Shown in pieces: positions 25,301 to 38,264 of a stretch of DNA of 64,000 nt (positions within the stretch are counted from its first letter, which is position 1; every line of letters starts with the position of its first letter). Source of the stretch: Rhizodiscina lignyota (taxonomy: Eukaryota); contig ML978123.1 in NCBI GenBank assembly GCA_010015805.1, forward strand, positions 2,356,001-2,420,000, given 5' to 3'. A model generated the notes under the pieces. It was not told where the DNA came from. It searched no databases and saw nothing but the letters and a program-made list of their open reading frames with translations. Position numbers and translations under genes: made by a program.

Positions 25301-28300
25301 TGCGAATAGCCGTATTCGAACGATTTTGAATAACCCCATCGCTCGAGCGGACATTCCAAACCATTCTTTACACGAAACGTGTCAGAATTGGCATTGGTTT
25401 ATCCCGACACAGGAGACCTTCGACGTTGTGATCACCGAACTAGGAGAGAGTGTGCCGTCATGGCGAGCGCGCGCCGGGTTACTCGAGGCTGCCGACGAAA
25501 CTCTCCCTAGAAAACTGTTTGTCCAATCTACTTCTCCTCTGCGATCGTTGCTAGGGGAAGATCTTTCAGGCGCATACAACCTTGTCGATAACTGTGGAAC
25601 CCCGTGCGACGTTCTGTATGTGAGGCCTCAAAGTGCTAAGCAGTGTCGGCTCTATCTCTTCCTCGACTGCTCTTCGATCGGTGATCCCAAAGCAGATCGT
25701 TTCGTCTTTGCTCGAAAGCTCCCTCAGCAAAATCAAGCTGTAAAAGAAGAGCTGCTTGCTGCTCTACCGGCACAATGGCGCCCATGGGCGTCCAAACCAT
25801 GCACTACGATCAAAATACAGCCTTTTGGGACTTGGATTACTTCAGAAAATTTTCAATTCGACATTAAAGCTGCCGACCTTCCTGTTCATTTCTTGAAACC
25901 TACATCAGCGCGAGACGTACTGAAGTCGACGGATGACTGCTCGCAAGCAGTGGTTGTTTTGGCTGCCGATTTCAACATCGATGATGGAGGATCTCGCTGG
26001 ACAACACCTGAGAGTGTGAAAATAAATGACCGGAGCTTCTGGAGGAGATTCTCTTCCGTCTTACTGCCCCTTCAATCAATGCCTACATTGAACGAATGGA
26101 GCGATGCCACATCCTATGTTCAACACGAACGCTGCTCGAGATGCGCTCCCTCCAACGCGACATTACGTTGGAAATGGGACAATAGCAATGAGTCGAGCGC
26201 CAAAAAGCAGACTAAGTTAGTGTCGTACGAGGATGCGCGAGAGGCCGGCCAGTTCGAGCGGCAACTCAAGCAACGACCTTCGCTTTTCACAATCAGAATT
26301 TCTCCCAAGGCAGACGACATTTCAGTACAGATAGGTGTCAATATCACCGGACTACTTCATCGAGCCTCGGCCCAACTGGAACACCTCCCAGGGAAGCCTA
26401 CCGTTACTTGGAGACTCCTTAGCAACCATGAGCCGGGTATTATTGGCCAATTTCCTCGCTTTACGATACCAAGCAACAATAGCGAGAAACTGTACGACAA
26501 GCCTTTGGATCTACAAGTATTGCTACGGCCGGAGCAGCTGAGATCGCTGGAATGGATGCGTCAGCGAGAAAGCGACGATGCCATGCTATTTCCCATCGAA
26601 GCCATTGAAGAAGCCATTCTTCCGGCTATGCATTGGAGAGCGGAAGCGCGTGTCCAGAAGCCAGTCCAACTCAAAGGCGGTGTTCTCGCTGATAGAGTTG
26701 GATACGGCAAAACCGGTCTAATACTAGCACTCGTTGAGTCCGATCTCCGTGACTTGGAAGCTGTGTCATCTAGAACTCAAATGGATGGAGAAGACCAGGC
26801 CTTGACCGGGCTAATCCCACTTGTAGCGACTTTGGTTATCGTACCAAAGCAAATGCCACAAGAGTGGCTACAAGAAATCAAAAAGTTTCTGCCTCAAGCA
26901 AGATTCTCTGAGCATCGAGTCGTTGTCCTCGATAAACTAAAGGATATCAAGGACTTGACCATTCATCGTCTCCAAATGGCTCGAATCGTTGTCGTAAACT
27001 GGAACGTTTTAGACAATAATAGCTACATCGAAGCTCTTGCTGGCATAGCCGCTATGCCAGAGCCGTCGTCAACTAAAGGACGATCTTTCTCAACCTGGAT
27101 GCAATCTGTGACAAGGCGCGTGGTCGAACACGTCCCGTTGCTCGAGAAACTTGGGAACGCGAGATTCGACAAGGAGCTCGCAGCTCGGTTCGAGGAAACT
27201 GCCAATAACTCTGACTTCCAGGCACATGTGCCGACGAAGCGAACCAGGGGAGCTAAATACATACCACCCAACGCTCGAAAGTCTACTGGACGTCAAGCTT
27301 CAAAGGCGGAGGATATTCCTCCACGGCCCGCTGGCTATGGGTCTCAGGGTCATTGGACTAAGAGAAGCAACCCTCTACTCCACATGTTTAGGTGGAGGAG
27401 AGTCGTCGTCGACGAGTTTCCGTATTTGACGAATGCGAGCCTGGCGTTAATTGTCAGTCTTCAGGCTGAGAGGCGCTGGATTCTGTCGGGGACACCGAAG
27501 TTGACTGATTTCATGGAGATAAAGAGGATTGCGGAGCTCCTTGGGACAGATCTCGGTCCAGATGCCATTCCAGAAGGCATCTCGTCAACACGACTCCAAC
27601 AACTCTTAAATGAAAAAACTAACGCCGAGGCTTTCCATACGTATCGCGAGATCAAGTCAACGCAGTGGCATGAGGCGCGTCATCGGTACGGTCAAAGATT
27701 CGTAGACACTTTCATGCGCCAGAACGAGCCAGATGTCAGTAGTATCCAGGTACAGGAACATCTCCGACCTTCGGTGATCTCGCCTGAGCACCGGGTTCTT
27801 TACGAAGAAACGCTACGACATTTTAACTCCAAGGGAATGGAATTTATCAAGCCTGACAGAGCTTCCTCCGCACAAGAACGTCGTATATGCGCCCTCATGG
27901 CCAGTTGCGATTCTCCGGAAGAAGCGCTGTTAAAGGACGCTTTGAGCCCTGGTGAGGAGATCCCGACGTTTACAGACCTGGAGAAAACCCGTCAGAGCGA
28001 CGTAGAGGATTGCAAAGACCGCCTCACAGAGGTCTTAGCCCGCTGCTGGAGTTTACGAAACCATCTTCGCGAGGCAGAAAGACAGGTGTGGAACGAATGG
28101 GAGAAAGAGGAGACGGACTTGGGAGACACGGAAGCCACTACTGTGCTTCATGAGCTGCTTGCACTCACGAAAAAGACGACACAAAAACAACGTGGCAATG
28201 CGGAAGACCTCCGAAAAGCTGTCGTCAAGCTTCGGGAAGAGTGTCGTGGTGCTCTTCTTGCTAGCATCAGAGGGCTTCGATATATTCAAGCGATTGTCCG

Positions 28301-29239
28301 ACTTCGAAAAGGCACATGGGATACTAACCTATGTGACGGTCTACGCTGCCATGGCACTTGTGACTCGAAAGGACTGGTTGTGCTACCAATGTGCGGCCAT
28401 ATTGCCTGCCAAAGGTGCCTTGATCGAGGGACCGACGATGGCAAGTGTGTCTCGAACGGTTGCAGTGCGGACCTTGACACTTTCGGCTTGACGAAGCACG
28501 CTGATATCACTCAAGCTCGCTTGGATGTACCGGATTCTAAGATGAAAGATATCGTCTCTGTCCTGAAAGGATTACCTAATGAAGACCAGGCCCTTGTGTT
28601 TGTGCAAGGAGATGCGATGACAGACGTGGTCAGTGCAGGGCTTACAGAAGCGGATATTGAGCACCGCGTCATCAAATCATCAGTCGATCACATTGGCAAC
28701 CTCGTGAACCTTTTTCGGGCAAGCAGTGACATCAAGGCTCTCATCCTTAATTTCGAATCAGGAGCAGGATTGTATGTAAAGCATTCTTGCGCAACTGACA
28801 CAAATGCTGACTCTGATACAGAAATGTCCAAAATGCGAACCATGTCCTCTTTGTCACTCCGTTCCTCGCGGAATCAAGTGAAGAATACCACGCTTGCATG
28901 GAGCAAGCTATTGGCCGAGCCGTCCGACCGGGCCAAACGAAGCCTGTGCACATCTATCGCTTCGTAACGCTGAACACTATCGATGTAGACATTCTGGAGA
29001 AGAGAGAGTTGCGCTCCAGGGCTCTTGCAATGGACCCTGTATCAGCTCTGCACAAGCAGAATGCTCAAGAGAAAGGTTCGCAGAGGGAGAGGGCTGTCCT
29101 CGTCAAGACTGCCGACGGCAAATATGCCCTTGTGCCAGTGTCATGGCTTGCAGAGGAAAATCCGGCGTATCTTTTCGGTCCAGATGACAAAAGTTTCACG
29201 TCACTCATGTCATTTTCAGAGCGATTCGCTGGAGAGTGA
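22315..29239 (+). CDS. DNMT5: DNMT5-family C5 cytosine DNA methyltransferase fused to SNF2 ATPase and RING finger; introns 22643-22715, 24244-24368, 24437-24492, 28772-28821
   Basis: MTase motifs IRVATMCSGTESP, FSCEI, AGTSCVDFS, IVENV, PHIRNRGY, WDVSQNID, LQGLP...DLAGNAM. SNF2 motifs GGVLADRVGYGKT, RRVVVDEF, RWILSGTP; RING CGHIACQRC; helicase C-terminus GL|NVQNANHV and EQAIGRAVRPGQ. All introns splice in frame. Confidence 0.92.
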
Positions 29240-29487
29240 GTGGTTGTAATATCGTGGACATAGGAAATAAGATGTTCGCTACGCCCTTGCAACGGCCAAG
29301 CGGTTTGTAAACTATGTATAAGGTCTATCTCGAAGTAGCAGTACAAATGGCGGCGGTCTGCCGCGTGTCCATTGGAGAGGCGTCCATATCTAAAAAACTC
29401 CCTCCCGTCATGAGTCGTATAATACACGTTTACCAATGATATCGAACTGAACCAGGAAGCGCTAGGCGAGAGCAGACAAATTTTCAC

Positions 29488-31089
29488 TCAAACCTTGGTC
29501 ATGGGGTTGAATCCGGCCAAGACAACTCTTGCGGCAATTATGAACAGCGCTCCTCCTGCCTGCATGCACCCACAGAAAACCTGCAAGCCCGTGAACTTTC
29601 CATTATTACTTGTAACAATTGCGCCACCAATTGGGCTACCAACAAGAGCCGCAATAGAGATGATGGCGAACAGCGCACCTGTGCGAACACCGATCTTGGA
29701 CACGTCCGGCGAGATCTGCGCTACGAGTGCTGGAGCCATCGAAACGAAAGCACCTGAGCCAAACCCATATAGCGCTGCGAAAACGATGATGGGTGCGTTG
29801 GACTTTGCGGGGATCCAAATCGCGAAGTCCAGGATGAAGGTGAAGACGCACATAACAACGATGACGTTGTAACGGCCAACCTTGTCAGCAAGATATCCGG
29901 GTATGACTCTGCCGAAGAAGCTGACGGCGTTGAGAATGGCAATTAGATAACCCGCTAGGTTAGCGGACATGCCCTCGAGTTGTGCCTGGACGATGAGGTA
30001 GTTGAATGGCAGGAACATGCCGAGGAAGAAAAGGAAGCAGCCGATCGTTGTAAGGAGGAATGGGAGCTCGCGAAGAGGTACGATGAATTCGGTGACGGTC
30101 ATAGGCTTGGGCACCGAGGGAATTCGCGAGCGCACTGTCAGGTTTGCGATAATCTACGAGATTTGTTAGCACGAGAAGAATCTATAAAACTGTGGTTGAA
30201 GATTGTGGAGAGGGTCCCGCGACGTACCAAGAGGAAAAGAATTAAGAAGGCTGCAATTCGCATTGCCCAGCCAAACCCAACCTGTGGCAAAAGCCTCTCA
30301 ACCATGATTGGAAGAATGATCCCACCAATAGATGAACCAGCGGCGACGACCCCGAAAGCGAGCGCCCTTTTCTTGAAGAACCAGGTGCTCACGGTCGACA
30401 TTGCAGGGTAAAAGATCATACTGGCCCCGAGCGGAGAGCATATTCCCTGAGCCAGAATGAATTGATAGTACTCCTTGCAAAGAGAGGTCATCATGAGGCC
30501 GAAGACGTGGAAAAAGGTGCCAACGACTAGGAGAGGTTGAACGCCGTAGCTGTCATAGATCTTGCCGACGATTGGGCCACTGCGGGCGGATGTTAGCACT
30601 TTATCGGGATGTCTTAGAACACGCATTGGATAGGCGGATCAGGACATACCCGCTGAACATCATGAACGCTTCCAGACTTGGTATCCATGCGATTGTACTG
30701 GGCGAATAATGTCGAAGCTGGTGTGTCTCGTAGTAGTTCTGGAAGACACCAATGGAGCTGATCCAACCAAAGGAGACGAAGCTACATTCAATCAGTACCG
30801 ATGCCCATAGAGGCTGAAGAGAAAAAACGTACAGACAACAGAATCCGCCGAGAACTGTTAACCAAGCTTCACGTCCACCATCCGGGTTGTTGACTGGGTG
30901 AAATGGTGGGAATTGTGGCATCTCAGCCTCCACCTTTTCTTCGTCTTGGGCTTCAGGTCTGATCTCAATCTCTGGAGCGTCATTTTCATTCACAGTCGAG
31001 GGCAAATGGGCCAAGCCCTTCTCGCTGTCTTTCTCAATGGTTGAAGACATGCTCGATTCGGCAAGAGAGTTCTTTGAAGAAGGGTCCAT
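29488..31089 (-). CDS. MFS monocarboxylate-transporter family protein (Mch4/Mch5-like); introns 30782-30832, 30580-30649, 30154-30227
   Basis: PDGGREAWLTVLG, GVFQNYYETHQL, WFFKKRALAFG, GFGWAMR, GRVIPGYLADKVGRYN; many hydrophobic segments; canonical introns. Confidence 0.93.
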
Positions 31090-32257
31090 AGCTGGAGGAG
31101 ATTTCCTTCTCTTCGATCCAAGCTGTCACACGGCAGACACGCTCCAAAGGCTGCTGCCCGTTATCGTATCGTCCGGGAGATCTGGGAGGTTGTTGAATCA
31201 CGGCACAGGGCACAGCATCGAGTGTAGGAAGTGGACAAAGGAGGTTCAAGTTTTATATTGGAAAAGAACATTTCCCTTTTCCGTAGGCGCTCCATTGTTT
31301 GAGAAACAGCGAAAGCGCTTCTAATTGGCCCATTTCGTCCAGTCTCGTCCGTGTTACTTCCCTTTAAAGCGCCGAGGAAGCGACTTTGCAGCACCTCGCG
31401 TTTTGTGGAAGGCCGAGAACCGCGATATGCCAAGCCGCTGCTTCAGCCCTACCCTTTACGCTCAGCCTAATTTTGCAAGATGCGTCGGCGGGAAGTACAA
31501 CAATATACGTTTTAAGAAAATAAACTCAACGGTGTGGTACCTATTAAACTCACGGAGAGATACCGGCCTTCGTTGTCGGATCCCGTTATTATGATTCAAT
31601 AGCCTATCGACGCGCAGTCGATCAAGCAGTAAATCTTCATCTGGACATATCAGATAAGATGGGACTTAGATTTCAACTCAACTCGGTCCCATCGCTCGGT
31701 CCCGAGACGAGTCCCGAGACGCTACCCTGAATCGGCGATAAGACCGTTTACTTCAACCATTCCTTCGAAGACGACATTTTGACCTACTGTGATAAATTCG
31801 CTCTTTCGCCAAACGCTAGCAGGGTGCCTTGACCTATTCGTACACGAACCTCTATGAGATTGCAACCAGTGGTATCCACAGTGTACCTTGGAGAGCTAGC
31901 TGCCGTTTTGAGCCCCGCTAGCGTTTGGCGCAAGAGCGCATCTATCACGGCATTATTGCATTCACCAATTCCTGGATGCTTGATGAATAGATTGATCTTG
32001 TGCGATTTCGATAATGAGATATTGTCGACATCGCTACACATCCTGAATGGATCTAGACACCATAACGAAGGCCATCACATTTGATATCAATCATATGCAG
32101 CGAGGTCCAGGGAACATCGGCAAGGCCGAGGATGTGATAGGATATCTATCTAAGAATCTTTCAGGGGCAAGTAGGGCCAGTTGATTTCGGTGTTTTCAAC
32201 ACTCCCCATCAACAAGCATGGCAAGCATGCAGAGAACCTTCAACAGCGTGTGGAACT

Positions 32258-33897
32258 TTAGTACCCTGGTAACTATCAGCTTCCTTCATTAACACTTAAT
32301 ATGCAGAGAGAGACTTACCGCCCTGCTCCTTCCTATTGTCAGTACTGTCATCACCACCTTGATTTGCTCCGGCGGCAGCGGCCTTCATGGCTTCAGCATC
32401 GCCTCTGAGCTTCTCAAAGTATGCCTTTATATCCTCTGCGCCAACGGCCTGACCGCTCTCTGCGAACGGTTGAAGGAAAGACTTGACCTTGTCCTTCAGA
32501 TGATTGTACACCATGACGCCCTCAATGGCGCGGACACGATCAATGTTGCTGAGCGCAGCTTCGCCCCTATCAAGCAGGCTTCCTGAACCTGCGCTTTGGC
32601 CACCGGCACCTGCATCGCCATCCTCTGAAATCGGAGGCTCGTATGCTTCTTCCTCCTCGAGCAGCTGTGGGTGCGGTTTGAGGCGTGGAAAGCATTCTGG
32701 ACAGTGGCAGATGTGTTCCCGGAAATCATACTTCAAGAATAGCGAAAGTTGGCCGACTGGAGCTGGAGGGAGCGCGGAATAAGTACAAGTCGTGGTTGTT
32801 GAAGGGGCATCGGAGGCAGGTTTCTCCTCCACCTTGGCGTCGTCTGAGCTGCGCTGCCGCTTAAGGCTCGACTCAGCACCTTCCATCCCATCATCATCTT
32901 CTGCCTTGCGTTTTCGTGACGTCGAATCTTCTGCAGCCACAGAGCTGGCGAGACCTGTTGAGGTGTCGCTCAATGTCGCGTTCGTAGCCGGTTTGAAGAA
33001 CACAGCGGGCAGAAAGCCTGGAGCCCCCGCATATCGTTTAATCCATGGATTCAATTCAACGCATTTGTAGCAGATGATGTGATCAAATTCATCCTCATTC
33101 GGGAATCCAGGTGGTAAAGGAGGGTCATCAGTAAGGGGCGCGTCTTGCGCTTCCTGAGCTGGCTCGGGAACCGGCGCAGTGGCACTCTCGGTAGATTGTT
33201 CGCCTTTAGCAGAGTTCACGACAGTATCTTCGGAGTGACCATTGCTGTGACCATTCTGCTTCTCCTTCTCATACCACTTTCTCTCCAGGCCCACAAGACA
33301 TTCCGGGTGCCACCAGTCTTCTCCGCATCCTCCATCCTCTGCCGTGCCTAGACCAAGACATTGAAACATAGTGCCCTTCTCCTGATGCGCGTCGTAGTCC
33401 TCTCCACACCCACAGAATCGGTTTCGGAAATTCTGATTATATTTGTTCCCCTCAGCTGGCTTCTCGCCGGTCACGCCGCCCTTGCTCCCAGTGGCCTCGT
33501 TGATTTGTAAGGTACATGGCGTCGAGTTTGGAAGACGTGTCGTGCCACAGTCGCAGACAAAGTTGCGCTTGTTAAAAAGCTCAACGAGAGTATGTTCGCC
33601 GTGGCAAGCTATGCTGCAGGAGTAGCAAACAGCAGCTGGTGTGTATGGATCTGACAGTGATGCGGGAGGCGGATTGCACGAAAGGCAGGCGAAGAGAATC
33701 TGTCGCAATGGTCCGAGCGATCGAGTGCAGGTCGAAAAGTCATACGGCATGGCCTCTCGCGCATCTGCTTCGAGTTGAAGCTGGCTTTCGATGAATTCTT
33801 GCGCGGTTTGCGAGTCTGCGCTGGTTATGCTGTTGGAGCGCTGTAAAGATTGCGAGGCGCCGTTGACAGGCGCAAAGGACGAGGAGCCTTCAGCCAT
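32258..33897 (-). CDS. mlo2: UBR7/Mlo2-like protein (UBR-box zinc finger plus PHD-like finger); terminal intron 32266-32318, last exon ends GY*
   Basis: QLQLEADAREAMPY, CYSCSIACHGEHTLVELFNKRNFVCDCG, NKYNQNFRNRFCGC, MFQCLGL...EDWWHPEC, DRVRAIEGVMVYNHLKDKVKSFL. Confidence 0.88.
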
Positions 33898-34233
33898 GGT
33901 GCGAGATGTAATCAGTATATCAGGCGTTGCTGAGGCCGATGGGGCGACGCTGGGCGAGAAGTTGTAATGTTTGCTATTGCGACTTCGAGGCGCATTGGAT
34001 GAGGCGCGTGAATGCCGCTAGTCCCAAAAAGATAAATTGAGCTGTGTCGCGGTGGCCAAAGCTTTTACGCGTCGCGTGTCGACACCAACTTGACCTCCAC
34101 TTGCGTCTTTCTCCACCTCGTCACCCTTTTCACTTCCTCACAGCTCCATGCCGACAGACTTTTTCAATCTCTAGAAGAGCAGACGCCAGGCATAAGCTTC
34201 GAGTCCTTTTCTCGTGAACTACTCTCTAGATCC
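33898..34233. promoter_or_regulatory. Bidirectional promoter of mlo2/UBR7 and MCM2 with MCB elements
   Basis: Head-to-head ATGs 336 bp apart; ACGCGT 34067-34072 overlapping TCGCGT 34072-34077; GCGCGT 34004-34009. Confidence 0.7.
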
Positions 34234-37016
34234 ATGAGGTAGTCCCCGCATCCCGAGTATGCGCCCCTTGGAATCCAGCACTGACTCTCAATTCCACAAC
34301 ACAGTTCTCCACCTGCACTACGACCAAACATGTCTGCCGCAAACCGTGGCACTACTTCTTCGTCCAGGCGAAAGCGCTCGCGTGAGCCGGACGACGACGC
34401 CATGTCTTCGCATCCACCATCGAGCCGTACGTGCTAAACGCCGAATTCTATAGCCATGGAATATTGCTAACGGCTGCCCAGCTCCTGCATCATCTCCTCC
34501 CATTGGCCTTCAAGACGACGAAGAGGACGACATCGACCCTGAAGATGACCTCATTGGGGACATCGACGACATCGACGAGATGGCTGAAGACGAAGCTGGT
34601 ATTGACCTGTTTGCGGACAATTTCGAGCGGGACTATCACGACCGGCCCGACGAAAACTATGAAGCTGCTGGTCTCGATGATGATGGTGACTATGATGAAC
34701 TCGACCTTGCTACACGTCGACAGCTTGAGGCTCGTCTCAATCGTCGTGATCGCGAGCTGAGGCGTCAGCGCGATATGCCTGCAGCGTTCCTCGCAGACGA
34801 TGAGGATGTTGGGATCGCCGATTTGACGCGCCAGCCCAGGAGGCGGCGACATCGATATGACGAGGATCAAGATGATGTTGACATGATGGATAATATCATG
34901 GATGAAGAGATCCCGCTCGAGGCCCTAAATGACATCAAGGCAGCCAGTATTACTGACTGGGTCGCTCAACCTGCGGTGCACAAATCCATTGCACGCGAAT
35001 TTAAATCCTTCCTCACAGAATACACTGATGAGCACGGCACATCTGTCTACGGCACGCGGATAAGGACGCTCGGTGAAATCAACGCCGAAAGCTTGGAGGT
35101 TTCTTACGACCATCTGTCCAGTTCAAAGGCGGTCATTGCATACTTCCTTGCGAACGCGCCCACTGAGGTCCTGAAGATTTTCGACCAGGTCGCAATGGAT
35201 GTCACTCTGCTCCACTACCCTGACTATGAGCGGATTCATACAGAGATTCATGTTCGCATCAGCGATTTGCCGATCAGCTACAGCCTGCGCCAGCTCCGTC
35301 AAACCCATCTCAACTGCCTTGTTCAAGTCAGCGGAGTTGTGACTCGCCGCTCTGGTGTCTTTCCTCAACTGAAGTACGTCAAGTTTGACTGCACGAAGTG
35401 CGGCACGACCCTTGGACCCTTCTCGCAAGACTCCAACGTTGAGGTCAAAGTATCATTCTGCCAGAATTGCCAATCGAGAGGCCCCTTCACTCTCAACTCG
35501 GAAAAGACGGTGTACCGCAACTACCAGAAGCTCACCTTGCAAGAAGCGCCTGGTACCGTTCCTGCAGGTCGTCTCCCTCGTCACAGAGAAGTTATTCTAC
35601 TTTGGGATCTCATTGACTCTGCCAAACCTGGTGAGGAAGTCGAAGTTACGGGCATCTATCGTAACAACTATGATGCATCTCTCAACAACAAGAACGGGTT
35701 CCCAGTCTTCGCTACTATTCTCGAGGCGAACCATGTCGTCAAGTCGCACGATCAATTAGCAGGATTCCGGCTCACGGAAGAGGATGAGCGCAACATTCGT
35801 GCACTCTCCCGCGATCCAAAGATTGTCGAAAAGATTATCAACTCTATCGCGCCTAGTATCTATGGACACACCGATATCAAGACTGCTGTTGCATTGAGCT
35901 TGTTTGGAGGTGTGAGCAAAGAAGCTCAAGGCAAGCATGCGATTAGAGGAGATATCAATGTTCTTCTCCTTGGTGACCCTGGTACCGCAAAGTCGCAAGT
36001 TCTTAAGTACATTGAGAAGACCGCTCATCGCGCCGTTTTCGCCACCGGCCAAGGTGCCAGTGCTGTCGGTCTGACTGCATCTGTTCGGCGGGATCCGATG
36101 ACTGCAGAGTGGACACTGGAAGGAGGAGCGCTTGTGCTTGCAGACAAGGGTACTTGCCTGATTGACGAATTCGACAAGATGAATGACAAGGACAGAACCA
36201 GTATCCACGAGGCAATGGAACAACAGACAATTTCCATTAGCAAGGCTGGTATCGTGACTACGCTGCAGGCGCGTTGCGCAATCGTCGCAGCCGCCAATCC
36301 GATTGGCGGGCGATACAATAGCACCATACCGTTCTCGCAAAATGTAGAGCTGACCGAACCGATTCTGTCTCGTTTCGACATCCTGTGTGTTGTTCGCGAC
36401 ACTGTAGATCCGAGCGAAGATGAGCGGTTGGCCAAGTTCGTCGTCACTTCTCACGGTCGCGCTCATCCGATCACTGCTTCCCAAGCAGCAGTGAATAGTC
36501 AGCTCAGCGAAAACGGGGATATGGATGTCGATGAGGAGTCGCAGCAGCAGCCAAAGCAGGAAGGCGAGATTCCGCAGGAACTGCTGAGGAAATACATTCT
36601 CTACGCACGCGAGAAGTGTAGGCCGAAACTTTACCAAATCGACCAAGACAAAGTGGCGCGTCTATTCGCAGACATGCGTCGTGAAAGTTTGGCAACTGGT
36701 GCTTATCCTATCACCGTAAGTCCCGGCTTCTTTTCAACTCTAGAGACTGCTTAGTGCTAACATCGCTCAGGTTCGACATCTGGAAGCCATCATGCGTATC
36801 GCAGAAGCATTCTGCAAGATGCGGCTGAGCGAATACTGCAACGCTACCGACATTGATCGCGCAATTGCAGTAGCGGTAGACAGCTTTGTCGCCAGCCAAA
36901 AAGTAAGCTGCAAGAAGGCCCTCGCAAGGGCATTCGCGAAGTATACGCTTGCGCGACCGGGTGCGGTGAGGAATGGACAGTCAAGAAGGAATAACGGCGT
37001 CATCGCCGCGGCATGA
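34234..37016 (+). CDS. MCM2: DNA replication licensing factor Mcm2; introns 34239-34304, 34427-34481, 36716-36770
   Basis: Acidic histone-binding N-terminus (EDEAGIDLFADNFERDY), Zn finger CTKC...CQNC, Walker A GDPGTAKSQ, CLIDEFDKM, arginine finger LSRFD, AYPIT|VRHLE. First exon is ATG AG. Confidence 0.97.
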
Positions 37017-37441
37017 GTAAGGAATAACACTGATTGATGTCGGCGTTTGGGGTTGAGGGCGAACTGCTTTGACGGTTGATAAGGCGATTTTCCACAAGAG
37101 GAGGTGATTCGCTGCATAATAACCAGATGAGTATGCGGCACATATAGAGTCCATGAGCGGAGTATCGTGGACAGCTTCGGTGGAAGTCATGTGTTTAGGA
37201 TGACGAGTTGCATATATGATACCTTCCTGAAAAGACTTGTTCACTTCATTCTTGCCTACGCGGCATGCACAAAGCATCTCTGTTTGCCCATCTGTTTGTG
37301 AGAGCTTTTCCCATGAAGACATGATGCTAATGGCCATTTGTCATCAAGTCGTCTCGCGAAGAAAACGCCTTCGCTATGCCTCTGAAGCAGAGAGCCTACT
37401 TTCATGCAATTATTTTATCTTCAGGTCTTTCCACATCGTAC

Positions 37442-37801
37442 TCAAGATGCTGTATTTCCTTGCTTCTTCTCCCACTCTTCAGGCGTAAAACACTTGGGCG
37501 TCCATGCATGGATTGCCGCGATTTCTTCCTTAAGCACCGAGTTCACCAGTCGATGCCGTGCCAGAGTTGTCTTCTTCGCAAATTGAGGAGACACTATCTT
37601 CGCCTCGAACATTTGACCACATCCACCTGCGGAGAATTAGCATGCCTACGTCAAGGAGCTGTTATGCTGCGCACCCGACATGTCTTCGATGTCGACATGG
37701 CTGGCTCCCAGTTTCTCCACCAGCTTGCCCTTCAGCGCCTCTGGGGTAATGCCGGTATCATTCTGCATCTCTGTTGCTTCTGCGTCGGTTCGAGCACTCA
37801 T
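37442..37801 (-). CDS. BolA-family protein (Bol2/Fra2-type), 103 aa; intron 37627-37674; not in the supplied ORF track
   Basis: Spliced translation [103 protein letters not shown], with BolA signatures SGGCG, RHRLVN and IHA. Confidence 0.93.
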
Positions 37802-38264
37802 GTCGATGGGAAGATGGGGCGATGGTCGACGATGAAGTTTTCCGATCTAGATCTGATAAAGATGTCGAGATTAGGTTGACCAAGACCTAAGGAACCCCTG
37901 TCGAGGCTGCAGAAGGGCAGAAGGGCCTCGCCAATCGCATTGGCCACATGTTTCATCGCCACTGCTCCGCTCCAGCTTGCATCCGCAGGCAAACTGTCTC
38001 CATACAGAGAACCTCACTTAATTCACCGAGCGCTTTCCTTTCTGCCTCGCCAGTGTGCTGCTGGGCTGAGGCTTTGTGTACTATAATAATTCTCCTTTGG
38101 AACTGAGTGCCATTACCACATCCTTTCATCACCCGCCTCGTATTGCACTGCCTCGACAGCTGCACCACCGACGGTCACGACTCCTTCGACTTCACCACTC
38201 TCATATACTGCAGGTACATATGTCTTCTGCTCGCAGATAATAACATCCAACGAGTCCGCTCGCC

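Noticed and set aside
31655..31722. Short inverted and direct repeats (GATGGGAC/GTCCCATC; GTCCCGAGACG x2)
   Set aside because: Too short, with no TSD or TIR architecture; not a MITE or CRISPR.
31784..32084. 85-aa minus ORF between the MFS gene and mlo2
   Set aside because: No family similarity, and flanked by stops; unsupported.
35756..36646. 296-aa ORF antisense to MCM2
   Set aside because: Antisense shadow caused by codon bias of the real gene; the same applies to the shadows over PEX7, SEC24, nsdC and the FKBP fusion.
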